A stretch of 64,000 nucleotides of DNA, from assembly GCA_963682005.1 (NCBI GenBank), contig OY820914.1, forward strand, positions 3,908,145 through 3,972,144, read 5' to 3'. Both the position numbers and the translations under genes were made by a program. Below are positions 43,447 through 50,813 of the stretch, piece after piece (position 1 is the stretch's first letter; each line of letters starts with the position of its first letter). The notes under the pieces were generated by a model. The model saw nothing but the letters and a program-made list of their open reading frames with translations, searched no databases and was not told where the DNA came from. Source of the stretch: Bacteroidales bacterium. GTDB lineage: Bacteria > Bacteroidota > Bacteroidia > Bacteroidales > FEN-979.

Positions 43447-44664
43447 TCAGACTTTCCGGATGATCAGCGATGAGTTCGTTCCGCCGAAACCGAAGGAATT
43501 GGAAAGGAAAGCCCTGATATCGAAAAGAGTTGTTTCACGCGCGATATTAAGTTTTCCGGTGATCTCATCCGTATTTTCAAGGTTGATGTTCGGGGCGATA
43601 AATGAATTGTTCATCATCAGGGTGGAATAGACCACTTCGCTGGCGCCTCCCATCCACATTTCATGACCTGTCATCGATTTTGTGCTGCTGACCAGAGGTT
43701 TGGTCTGTCCGAAGACCTGGTAGATCGCCTGGGCTTCGTTACTGTCGCCGGAAGGGGTGGATGTGGCATGTGCATTCACATAATCGATCAGTGAAGGGTC
43801 AATGCCGGCATCTTTCAGCGACATGATCATGGCCCGTGCAGGACCGTCAACATTTGGAAGAGAAATATGTTCCCCATTTGAAGAGAATCCATAACCGATG
43901 ACTTCCCCATAAATATGAGCACCGCGTTTCATGGCTGATTCATAGCTTTCAAGAATCACTGTTGCAGCTCCGCCGCTGGGAACAAGGCCGTCGCGGTCGC
44001 GGTCGAATGGCCGTGATGCTTTTGTCGGTTCTGATTCACGGATGGAAAATGCATTCAGGGCATCAAAGCTGGCAGTCGCTTCCGGGTTGATCTCCTGCGC
44101 ACCGCCGCAGATGATCGTTTCCTGCAAGCCCTGGCGGATTAACAGGTAGCCAAGTCCGATGGCATGTGAACCGCTGGCACAGGCACCGCTGACAGTGAAA
44201 TTGACACCCTTCAGCTTGAATATGACAGACAAATTCATGGAAACAGTTGAATTCATCGACTGGAAAATATATCCCGACCCGATCATCATGCTGTCCTTTT
44301 TTGCACGAAGGATATCAACGGATTCAACAACCGGTAATGCAGAACTATCATTGCCGTAAATGATCCCTACTTCCCTGTTTTCAAGAAAGGACTCATCAAT
44401 AAAGGCAGTTTTCAGGGCTTCAACAGTGGAAACATAGGCATATTCACCCTGGACGGGCAGCCCGATCCGCATCCGGCGGTCGAGGATCCCTTTCAATACA
44501 GGTTTTTCCACCATTCCGGTAAGTGCCGAGCGAAATCCCATCTCTTTCCTCACCGGGTCAAAAATTATCCCCGATCTTCCTTCGTACAATGATTTTTTAA
44601 CATCCTCAAGATTTTTTCCAAGGACAGAATAGATACCCATTCCTGTGATAACGACGCGATTCAT
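43447..44664 (-). CDS. beta-ketoacyl-ACP synthase (KS-A, FabB/F-like)
   Basis: 405 aa with SGACASGSHAIGLG, NAHATSTPSGD, MTGHEMWMGG and NSFGFGGTNSSLII. Confidence 0.9.
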   Translation of the reverse strand: MNRVVITGMGIYSVLGKNLEDVKKSLYEGRSGIIFDPVRKEMGFRSALTGMVEKPVLKGILDRRMRIGLPVQGEYAYVSTVEALKTAFIDESFLENREVGIIYGNDSSALPVVESVDILRAKKDSMMIGSGYIFQSMNSTVSMNLSVIFKLKGVNFTVSGACASGSHAIGLGYLLIRQGLQETIICGGAQEINPEATASFDALNAFSIRESEPTKASRPFDRDRDGLVPSGGAATVILESYESAMKRGAHIYGEVIGYGFSSNGEHISLPNVDGPARAMIMSLKDAGIDPSLIDYVNAHATSTPSGDSNEAQAIYQVFGQTKPLVSSTKSMTGHEMWMGGASEVVYSTLMMNNSFIAPNINLENTDEITGKLNIARETTLFDIRAFLSNSFGFGGTNSSLIIRKV

Positions 44665-44707
44665 CTTCCCGTGTGCGCAGTTGGTTAGTAATTCATTGGT
44701 TTATGAT

Positions 44708-44728
44708 GCTGGTTGCTGGATGCTGGAT
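44708..44728. repeat. tandem heptamer array GCTGGWT x 3
   Basis: Reads gctggttgctggatgctggat; the same unit as 11679-11712. Confidence 0.85.
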
Positions 44729-44736
44729 ATATACCC

Positions 44737-44767
44737 ATTCGTAATTCGTAATTCGTAATTCGTAATT
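44737..44767. repeat. tandem heptamer array ATTCGTA x ~4.4
   Basis: Reads attcgtaattcgtaattcgtaattcgtaatt and runs into the FabG stop codon at 44766-44768. Confidence 0.9.
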
Positions 44768-45494
44768 AAGTGTAGAGCCCTCCATTAACACTTATGACAG
44801 TCCCGGTGATATAAGACGCTTTTTCCGATGCCAGAAATCCGACAACTTCGGCAACTTCTGCCGGTTCACCGAACCTGTTCATAGGTATCATGGCTTTAAG
44901 TTCTTTCTCATTCAATCCTTCTGTCATATCGGTCCTGATAAAACCTGGTGCAACGGCATTTACAGTGACATTCTTTTTTGCCACTTCCTGGGCCATTGCT
45001 TTGGTGGCCCCGATCACCCCTGCCTTAGCGGCAGAATAATTGGCCTGACCCGGCAATCCCTTCAATCCCGATAACGAAACCACATTGATGATCCTTCCGA
45101 ACCTGGCAAGCAGCATATCTTTGATCAGCAAGCGGGTTGTGTAAAGAAAACTGTTGAGGTTCGTATTGATCACATCAAACCATTCCTCATCTTTCATCCA
45201 CATGACCAGTGCATCCTTCCGGATCCCTGCATTGTTCACGAGTATGGAGATCGATTTTCCTTCATTCCGTGCAATCCAGCCATTGATGGCGGTTTCCACT
45301 TCATCCTTCTTTGAAACATCGAACATGAGCAATTCCCCATCACTTCCAAGTTCACGGACCATTTCAAGCGTTTTCATTGCTTCATCCTGTCCTGAACGGA
45401 AATTGATCAGGATGTGATACCCCATTTCTGCAAGCTTTATACTGATGGCCCGGCCAATCCCCCTTGAACCTCCTGTCACAAGTGCGTATTTCAT
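44766..45494 (-). CDS. fabG: 3-oxoacyl-ACP reductase (SDR, FabG-type)
   Basis: 242 aa with TGGSRGIGRAI, NNAG, catalytic YSAAKAG and PGFIRTDM. Confidence 0.9.
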   Translation of the reverse strand: MKYALVTGGSRGIGRAISIKLAEMGYHILINFRSGQDEAMKTLEMVRELGSDGELLMFDVSKKDEVETAINGWIARNEGKSISILVNNAGIRKDALVMWMKDEEWFDVINTNLNSFLYTTRLLIKDMLLARFGRIINVVSLSGLKGLPGQANYSAAKAGVIGATKAMAQEVAKKNVTVNAVAPGFIRTDMTEGLNEKELKAMIPMNRFGEPAEVAEVVGFLASEKASYITGTVISVNGGLYT

Positions 45495-45536
45495 CTGGTA
45501 ATAGTTGATTATAGTAGTGGTTGCATTGAACGTTTC

Positions 45537-47090
45537 TTACTCTTCGATCGAGAATTGCGGCTTATTCTCCATAATATATAGCTCGATATTCCGGATATCC
45601 TTGTATTTGATCGAATCTTCGGTGAATTTGGGTACGATCTTCCTGAGATCATCGTATTTGCTCAGCGAATAGGTTGAAAGACGATCCTTGATATTAAGGT
45701 AGTCGATAGCCTGAAGGATCGAGATCATTTCGATGGCAAGCACCTGGTAGGTATTGTCGATGATCTTCTTCGCCAGCAGGGCCGCGTTGGTCCCCATGCT
45801 GACAATATCCTGGTTATCGTTATTGTTTGTGATACTATGGATATACATCGGGAAAGAAAGGGTCTGATTCTCAGCCACAGTTGAAACGGCCGTGAACTGA
45901 ACTCCCTGCATTCCGAGGTTAAGTCCGAGTTTGCCCAGGTTTACGAACGGGGGCAGCTTCTCATTCAGCTTCGGGTTCATCAGGTAATTGAGCTGCCTTT
46001 CTGCAAGCATTGACAGCTTGGTTATCGCGATCTTGAGTTTATCCATTTCCAGCGCAACATAATCCCCGTGGAAATTGCCCCCGTGATATACATTGTGATG
46101 TTCACCATCGATGATCGGGTTGTCGCTGGTAGAATTCACTTCATTCATCAGCACATGGGTGGTGTAGAAGATCGTGTCGAGCACCGGACCGAGAACTTGT
46201 GGAACACAGCGGAGTGAGTAATATTCTTGCACTTTATGCTTGAACACTTCCACATCCACTGTATTATCGTTGTTGTAAAGGTGATCAGCTCTCCGGCGGA
46301 TCAGATGACTGTCTTTCAGGATAAATTTCATCGTCCTTGCCACCTGCCGCTGACCATGATGTGACTTGGCCCTGTTTAGCCCGTCGGAGAAATGGTCGTC
46401 GTAAGATTCAACGATCTCTGTGATCATCGAAGATGCAAGCGTAGACCAGTCAAGAAGGTTACGGGCATGAATGGTATTGATCATCCCGATGCCTGTCATG
46501 GCCGAGGTTCCGTTGATCAGCCCAAGCCCTTCACGGATATGCATTTTGATCGGGACAAGGCCCGTTTCTGCAAATACTTCATTGGTTGGCCGGAGCTCTC
46601 CGTTGTATGTCACTTCTCCCTCCCCGATAAGATTTAAAGCCAGGTGTGCAAGCTGCACCAGATCACCACTTGCACCTACACCGCCATGTTCGGGGATGTA
46701 AGGATAGATGTCGCGGTTGATCATCTCTTTAAGCAGTTCAACCACTTCCGGGTGGATCCCGGATTTGGCCTGCACAAGTGTGTTCAGCCGGGCAAGCATG
46801 GTAGCTTTGGCATAAATATCCGGAAGGGGGCTGCCGCATCCGGCTGCATGACTGCGGATCAGGTTGTATTGTAATTCAAGCTCCTTGTTATTGTTGATCT
46901 TGAACTGGGCCATAGGTCCCAGTCCGGTATTGATCCCATAGATAACTTTCCCTTTTGCAAATTCTTTCAGGAATTCAAAATCCTCTGAAACTTTCCTACG
47001 GGCTTCTATATCGATATCAACTTTCTCGCCTTCAAATAATATCTTAAAAAAATCTCCTACAGTTAGTTTTCTGTTTCCAATAAGTATCAT
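45537..47090 (-). CDS. aromatic amino acid ammonia-lyase (MIO-dependent; HAL/TAL family, flexirubin-type TAL-like)
   Basis: 517 aa with the MIO-forming ASG in GGVGASGDLVQLAHL. Also present are YGINTGLGPMA, QEYYSLRCVPQVLGP and NQDIVSMG. From memory the overall sequence resembles the Flavobacterium tyrosine ammonia-lyase. Confidence 0.9.
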   Translation of the reverse strand: MILIGNRKLTVGDFFKILFEGEKVDIDIEARRKVSEDFEFLKEFAKGKVIYGINTGLGPMAQFKINNNKELELQYNLIRSHAAGCGSPLPDIYAKATMLARLNTLVQAKSGIHPEVVELLKEMINRDIYPYIPEHGGVGASGDLVQLAHLALNLIGEGEVTYNGELRPTNEVFAETGLVPIKMHIREGLGLINGTSAMTGIGMINTIHARNLLDWSTLASSMITEIVESYDDHFSDGLNRAKSHHGQRQVARTMKFILKDSHLIRRRADHLYNNDNTVDVEVFKHKVQEYYSLRCVPQVLGPVLDTIFYTTHVLMNEVNSTSDNPIIDGEHHNVYHGGNFHGDYVALEMDKLKIAITKLSMLAERQLNYLMNPKLNEKLPPFVNLGKLGLNLGMQGVQFTAVSTVAENQTLSFPMYIHSITNNNDNQDIVSMGTNAALLAKKIIDNTYQVLAIEMISILQAIDYLNIKDRLSTYSLSKYDDLRKIVPKFTEDSIKYKDIRNIELYIMENKPQFSIEE

Positions 47091-47155
47091 TCTATGTTCA
47101 GTTAAATTGCCGGAGGAATCTGCCTTATCATTCCGGTCCGGTTCGCTCCAATCAG

Positions 47156-47185
47156 CAAAGGTACATTTTTTTTGTGAAATGCAAA
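47156..47185 (-). promoter_or_regulatory. candidate Bacteroidetes promoter (TTTG-N18-TAccTTTG) for the ammonia-lyase-led operon
   Basis: The minus strand reads gcataTTTGcatttcacaaaaaaaatgTACCTTTGctg. This matches the -33 TTTG / -7 TAnnTTTG consensus described for Bacteroides promoters. The -7 box ends 66 nt upstream of the ATG at 47090. Confidence 0.4.
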
Positions 47186-47188
47186 TAT

Positions 47189-47250
47189 GCAGGCTGCAGG
47201 CTACAAGCTACAGGCTTTCGCCGTGCCGTCATTCCCGCGAAAGCGGGAAC
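47189..47250. repeat. composite element: CAGGCTR-type array x4 followed by the 23-nt hairpin GTCATTCCCGCGAAAGCGGGAAC
   Basis: Reads gcaggctgcaggctacaagctacaggct ... gtcattcccgcgaaagcgggaac. The order is opposite to the 36320-36380 copy. Confidence 0.9.
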
Positions 47251-47332
47251 GGGCTTCGGGCTTTATTAAGAAATAAATATAAAGTTAGTGTATTACCTTT
47301 TACAATCCCGGAAGATTAATGAGAAAAGAATT

Positions 47333-47467
47333 ATGAGTTACAAATCACTTGAAATCTGGAAAATTGCGGATGACCTGGTTATTAAGATCCATGAGATGAC
47401 GATTCAAAATCTGCCAAAATTTGAAATGAATGAAACAGGAAGCCTGATAAGAAGATCTATCAAATAA
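47333..47467 (+). pseudogene. N-terminal fragment of a four-helix-bundle (23S rRNA-IVS-type) protein gene
   Basis: MSYKSLEIWKIADDLVIKIHEMTIQNLPKFEMNETGSLIRRSIK* matches the usual start of this family (M.YK.LEVWK.A..L...IY..T..FPK.E...L..QLRR...S). It stops 14 nt before the RAYT left inverted repeat. Confidence 0.5.
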
Positions 47468-47480
47468 GAAAGACAATATG

Positions 47481-48042
47481 AATTACCCCGGCCTTCAGGC
47501 CGGGGGTTGACGAAGGTAAAAGCACCGGGCTTTAGCCCAAAAAAGAAGATCATGGGATATATAAAAATCTGGGTACATCTGGTCTGGACAACTAAAAACA
47601 GAGAACCCATTTTAACGTCTGAAATCAGAAAACAGATTTTCAATCATATAAGGGAAAATGCTGTTAATAAAGGTATTTATATTGATTTTCTAAATGGTTA
47701 TCTTGAGCATGTTCATTGCCTTGTCTCCCTTGGTTCTGGCCAGAATATCGATAAAATCCTGATGCTGTTAAAAGGCAAATCTTCATTCTGGATAAATAAA
47801 GCCAGAATCTTTCCGCAAAAGTTTGAATGACAGGATGAATACTTTGCAGTATCCGTAAGTCAATCTGCAGTTAGCAATGTCAGAGAATACATAAGAAAAC
47901 AAGAAGAACATCATCGGAAGTATTCCTTTGAGAAAGAGTATGAAGAGTTTATCAAAAAGTACGGCTTTGACAAACTGATTTCGGGCTAAAGCCCTTATTA
48001 AGCACGTCTATCTGAACCCCCGGCCTGAAGGTCGGGGTAATT
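47481..48042 (+). mobile_element. REP-flanked RAYT unit (IS200/IS605-like Y1 transposase between inverted REP hairpins)
   Basis: The left end AATTACCCCGGCCTTCAGGCCGGGGGTTGA (47481-47510) is the near-perfect reverse complement of the right end TGAACCCCCGGCCTGAAGGTCGGGGTAATT (48013-48042). There is an inner inverted pair GGGCTTTAGCCC (47527-47538) / GGGCTAAAGCCC (47983-47994). Confidence 0.65.
47552..47989 (+). pseudogene. REP-associated tyrosine transposase (IS200-like Y1 transposase) with in-frame TGA
   Basis: MGYIKIWVHLVWTTKNREPIL...LEHVHCLVSL (HUH motif) ...FPQKFE*QDEYFAVSVS...VREYIRKQEEHH (catalytic Tyr helix). The TGA at 47828-47830 sits where the family has a conserved Trp (FEW.DEY). 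The frame continues for 52 codons to the TAA at 47987-47989. Confidence 0.7.
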
Positions 48043-48312
48043 CAGAACTGGCATTAATTTCTGGTACGCATTATTGTGATAAGCCGAAAACTCTATCACT
48101 TCCTTCTGAAAATAAAGGAAGATTGTTGAAGAGAAAATATACTTGTATATCTCCGGTGATGTATATCCGCAGACGATAACTTTAGGGAAAGTAAATTCAT
48201 GGATGTTAACGAATCTTGTGAACAAGTGGCTCGCAGCATTTGATTTACCGGAAATTTCCTCGCTCCTCGTTTTGCGGATTATTAAAATTGCCTTACCTTT
48301 GCCCGCAGAATT

Positions 48313-48386
48313 GGCTCCGTGGCGTAACTGAATAGCGCATCTGACTACGGATCAGAAGGTTACAGGTTTGAATCCTGTCGGAGTCA
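48313..48386 (+). tRNA. tRNA-Arg(ACG): tRNA-Arg (anticodon ACG)
   Basis: Hand-folded cloverleaf. Acceptor stem GGCTCCG/CGGAGTC (one G-T pair), D stem GCGT/GCGC, anticodon stem TCTGA/TCAGA with loop CTACGGA, 5-nt variable loop, T stem ACAGG/CCTGT with loop TTTGAAT, discriminator A. No CCA is encoded. Confidence 0.85.
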
Positions 48387-48398
48387 CAAGACAAATGT

Positions 48399-48442
48399 AA
48401 AGTGCAAGGTGCAAAGTGTAACTAATTTGCACTTTGCACTTT
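48399..48442 (+). terminator. hairpin downstream of tRNA-Arg (possible intrinsic terminator)
   Basis: AAAGTGCAAGGTGCA pairs with TGCACTTTGCACTTT (one mismatch) across a 14-nt loop, followed by the T-rich ttcgtttta. Confidence 0.4.
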
Positions 48443-48941
48443 TCGTTTTACACGTTAGACTTCGAACTTTTCAATTTGCACCTTCCAAGGAATCTTTTGA
48501 CTGTCGTTTCAATGACTGATCACGAGTTTCCTGGTTTCTATGCCAGTCGTCGTTTCCATGCTCACATATAGATACCGCTGTGCAAAGAATACATTCATAA
48601 TCCATGGCAGCATCACCAGCAAGACTACATGATTTTTCATATTAATGTGAGTTTATCTTGTTTTCGATATACCATATATGTCTTTCAAATAACATAAGTG
48701 CGATCCATGCAAATACGTTACAGTGAGAAAAAATGAGAACTCCGTATTGTTGAGGAAGCGGAAGAATTGTCAGCTTTTAATCGCCCTATCTGGTCCCGTT
48801 GTAGACCCATGGTGAACCCATTCATCACCCGTCCAGGTTTTTCGTTTCATTCACAGGAATGATATGACAGGTTGGCAGTAGAAATTGTCAATGCTGCCTG
48901 TTGTTAAATTACATATTTATACGTTAATACTGATTTATTTG

Positions 48942-48949
48942 TATTTTTG
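48942..48949 (+). promoter_or_regulatory. candidate -7 box (TAttTTTG) upstream of the repeat-protein gene
   Basis: Exact TAnnTTTG match 36 nt upstream of the ATG at 48985. There is no good -33 TTTG at the expected spacing. Confidence 0.3.
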
Positions 48950-48984
48950 ATCTTGAATTCATTCGTAATAATAATCTTGATATC

Positions 48985-50241
48985 ATGAAAAGCAGAATTT
49001 TTTTCTTTTTGGTACTGGCGATGAGCATGTTTACTATTCCAGTCTTTTCTCAGACAGAAAGTAAAACAGCGAAAGATACCACATTATTGGGTCTGCCCGG
49101 AGACAATCTGGACCTTTATGCAGTATTGGAACTTTTTCAAAAGTCAAAGACCATTGAAGACTTTGAGAAATCGTTAAATGAAGAAAAGACAGGGATCAAT
49201 AACCTGGATCTTAATTTGGATGGGAAAGTTGATTTCATCAAGGTTGTAACAAAGAAAAATGGGGACGATTTTACATTTATTCTTCAGGTAGATGTGAGTA
49301 AGACGGAAAAGCAGGATGTCGCTGTTATCTTAGTTACAAAAGATAAGAATAAGAAAGTTTCGATACAGATTGTCGGCGACAAGGCATTGTACGGTAAGGA
49401 TTATATTGTCGAGCCAAAGCCGACTGCAACTCCGGCTGTTACTGCAAATCCAGGGTACACCGGTTCAGAACCGGTGACGGTGAATGTTCCGTCTTCAACC
49501 ACAGTTGTAGTTGTGGAATCGGCACCTATTGTGCAGTATGTTTATTCACCTGCGTATGTGCCCTACGTTCCGCCCTATTATTATGGATTCTATCCGCCTT
49601 ATTTTGCAGCATTTACTGTAATGGCTGTAAGTGTTTACCGTCACAATAATTATTATTACCATGGCGGCGGATATGGGTATGGTTATCATGGGAATACCAC
49701 AGTAATTCATAATACCAACAATTACAATAATTACAATAATTCGAGGAGCTCTTCCAATACTGTGAATCATAATAATGCGAATGGAAATTACAATCGGAAT
49801 AATGGATCAGCAGGTAATCGGCCTTCGACACAACCGGCGAACCGTCAGTCAGGAGGCGCTTCCCCCTCGACCCAGCCTGCAAACCGTCAGTCAGGAGGTG
49901 CTTCACCCTCAACCCAGCCTGCAAACCGTCAATCAGGAGGTGCTTCACCCTCAACCCAGCCTGCGAAACGTCAGTCAGGAGGTGCTTCACCCTCAACACA
50001 ACCCACAAACCGTCAATCAGGAGGCGTTTCACCTTCGACCCAGCAATCAAATCGTCAATCAAGTCCGTCATCAAATTCATATAACGGCCGTAATTCTAAT
50101 AGCGGAAGTCAAATGGGAGGCGGCAGTTCCAGAGGAGGAAGCAGTTATAGCGGAGGTAGTTCAAGAGGCGGAGGTGGTTATAGCGGAGGCGGCGGTTCAA
50201 GAGGTGGTGGAGGTTCCAGAGGCGGCGGAGGCAGACGATAA
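48985..50241 (+). CDS. secreted low-complexity protein with EF-hand-like loop, Tyr/Pro-rich segment, 14-aa tandem repeats and Gly/Arg/Ser tail
   Basis: 418 aa. It has a signal peptide (MKSRIFFFLVLAMSMFTIPVFSQ) and a DLNLDGKVDF Ca-loop-like motif. It also has YVPYVPPYYYGFYPPYF, five or more copies of PSTQPANRQSGGAS, and a GGSSRGGGGYSGGGGSRGGGGSRGGGGRR tail. Confidence 0.7.
   Translation: MKSRIFFFLVLAMSMFTIPVFSQTESKTAKDTTLLGLPGDNLDLYAVLELFQKSKTIEDFEKSLNEEKTGINNLDLNLDGKVDFIKVVTKKNGDDFTFILQVDVSKTEKQDVAVILVTKDKNKKVSIQIVGDKALYGKDYIVEPKPTATPAVTANPGYTGSEPVTVNVPSSTTVVVVESAPIVQYVYSPAYVPYVPPYYYGFYPPYFAAFTVMAVSVYRHNNYYYHGGGYGYGYHGNTTVIHNTNNYNNYNNSRSSSNTVNHNNANGNYNRNNGSAGNRPSTQPANRQSGGASPSTQPANRQSGGASPSTQPANRQSGGASPSTQPAKRQSGGASPSTQPTNRQSGGVSPSTQQSNRQSSPSSNSYNGRNSNSGSQMGGGSSRGGSSYSGGSSRGGGGYSGGGGSRGGGGSRGGGGRR
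49822..50070 (+). repeat. 42-bp in-frame tandem repeat, ~5.9 copies
   Basis: Unit ccctcaacccagcctgcaaaccgtcagtcaggaggtgcttca. The central copies differ by 2-3 nt and the edge copies are more diverged. Confidence 0.9.
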
Positions 50242-50276
50242 TAACCGTTGCCAACGGTAAATTGATCGCAAAAAAA

Positions 50277-50304
50277 AGAAGCTACCCTGTGAAGTATAGC
50301 TTCT
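50277..50304. terminator. bidirectional intrinsic terminator between convergent genes
   Basis: 8-bp stem AGAAGCTA/TAGCTTCT with a 12-nt loop, flanked by an A-run upstream and a T-run downstream. Confidence 0.55.
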
Positions 50305-50327
50305 TTTTTATTTATACGATATCAATT

Positions 50328-50813
50328 TTATTCCAGCGGCCTGTCAGAGGTACTCATATCTCTTAGACAGACATATTTCCCATCTCTTTTTACAAAAAGA
50401 CTCATATAGTTTCCTGAATTAATGATCGTGTTGGTAGAGTCAGCTACCTTATAATAGCCAACTTCAACGACTTGATTTCCTTCATCTGTTACAAAAACCT
50501 CATTGGTTGTAAACGAAAGTATATTGGATTTGGGAGAGGAACCAATGTTGGCTTTTAAATATTCAACAATTGCTGCTTTGCCTACCAATGGAGCCCTGTT
50601 TTGCGAGAAGGATGTTGCATCATCAGCATAATAGCCTATGTTTTTCATCTCACGGGCATTATACGTCGCAGCAAACTCATCTTCCTTGGCCTGAATTTCC
50701 TTTTTAATCTGGTCCGTGTCAACAGCCACGGTTTCTGCTTTCTTTGGACTACAGGCGATTAGTAATGAAACAGCATAAATCAATAATGCTCCGGTTATAA
50801 CCTTGTTTTTCAT
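50328..50813 (-). CDS. SnoaL-like / DUF4440 (NTF2-fold) lipoprotein
   Basis: 161 aa with a lipobox (LLIACS). The pattern IKKEIQAKEDEFAATYNAREMKNIGYYADDATSF...APLVGKAAIVEYL is typical of the DUF4440 / ketosteroid-isomerase-like fold. Confidence 0.5.
   Translation of the reverse strand: MKNKVITGALLIYAVSLLIACSPKKAETVAVDTDQIKKEIQAKEDEFAATYNAREMKNIGYYADDATSFSQNRAPLVGKAAIVEYLKANIGSSPKSNILSFTTNEVFVTDEGNQVVEVGYYKVADSTNTIINSGNYMSLFVKRDGKYVCLRDMSTSDRPLE

Noticed and set aside
47828-47830. Possibility that TGA encodes Trp (genetic code 4) because it replaces a conserved Trp in the RAYT.
   Set aside because: Many well-supported genes in the window terminate at TGA at the expected protein length (for example 13383-14810, 22045-23196, 51697-54318, 58678-59430). 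TGA is therefore a stop here, and a TGG-to-TGA point mutation is the simpler reading.
47107-48331. Track ORFs 47107-47319 (+), 47404-47643 (-), 47998-48225 (-) and 48143-48331 (+).
   Set aside because: They span repeat arrays, REP hairpins or the tRNA gene. The 48143-48331 ORF is best explained as the frame-shifted C-terminal remnant of the disrupted four-helix-bundle gene running into tRNA-Arg.
48509-48640. 43-codon minus-strand ORF (MKNHVVLLVMLPWIMNVFFAQRYLYVSMETTTGIETRKLVISH) in the ~600-bp non-coding stretch after tRNA-Arg.
   Set aside because: It has a hydrophobic start but no homology that I can recognise. It is too short to support from sequence alone.
48387-48984. Looked for an integrase, att-like direct repeat of the tRNA 3' end, or prophage/island boundary next to tRNA-Arg.
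   Set aside because: There is no integrase-like ORF, and I could find no duplicate of the tRNA 3' segment in the window.
49546-50260. ORFs 49546-49770 (-), 49613-50080 (-) and 49775-50260 (+) overlapping the repeat-protein gene.
   Set aside because: These are open frames created by the 42-bp tandem repeat and low-complexity codons. The frame with a signal peptide and a consistent start (48985) is the credible one.
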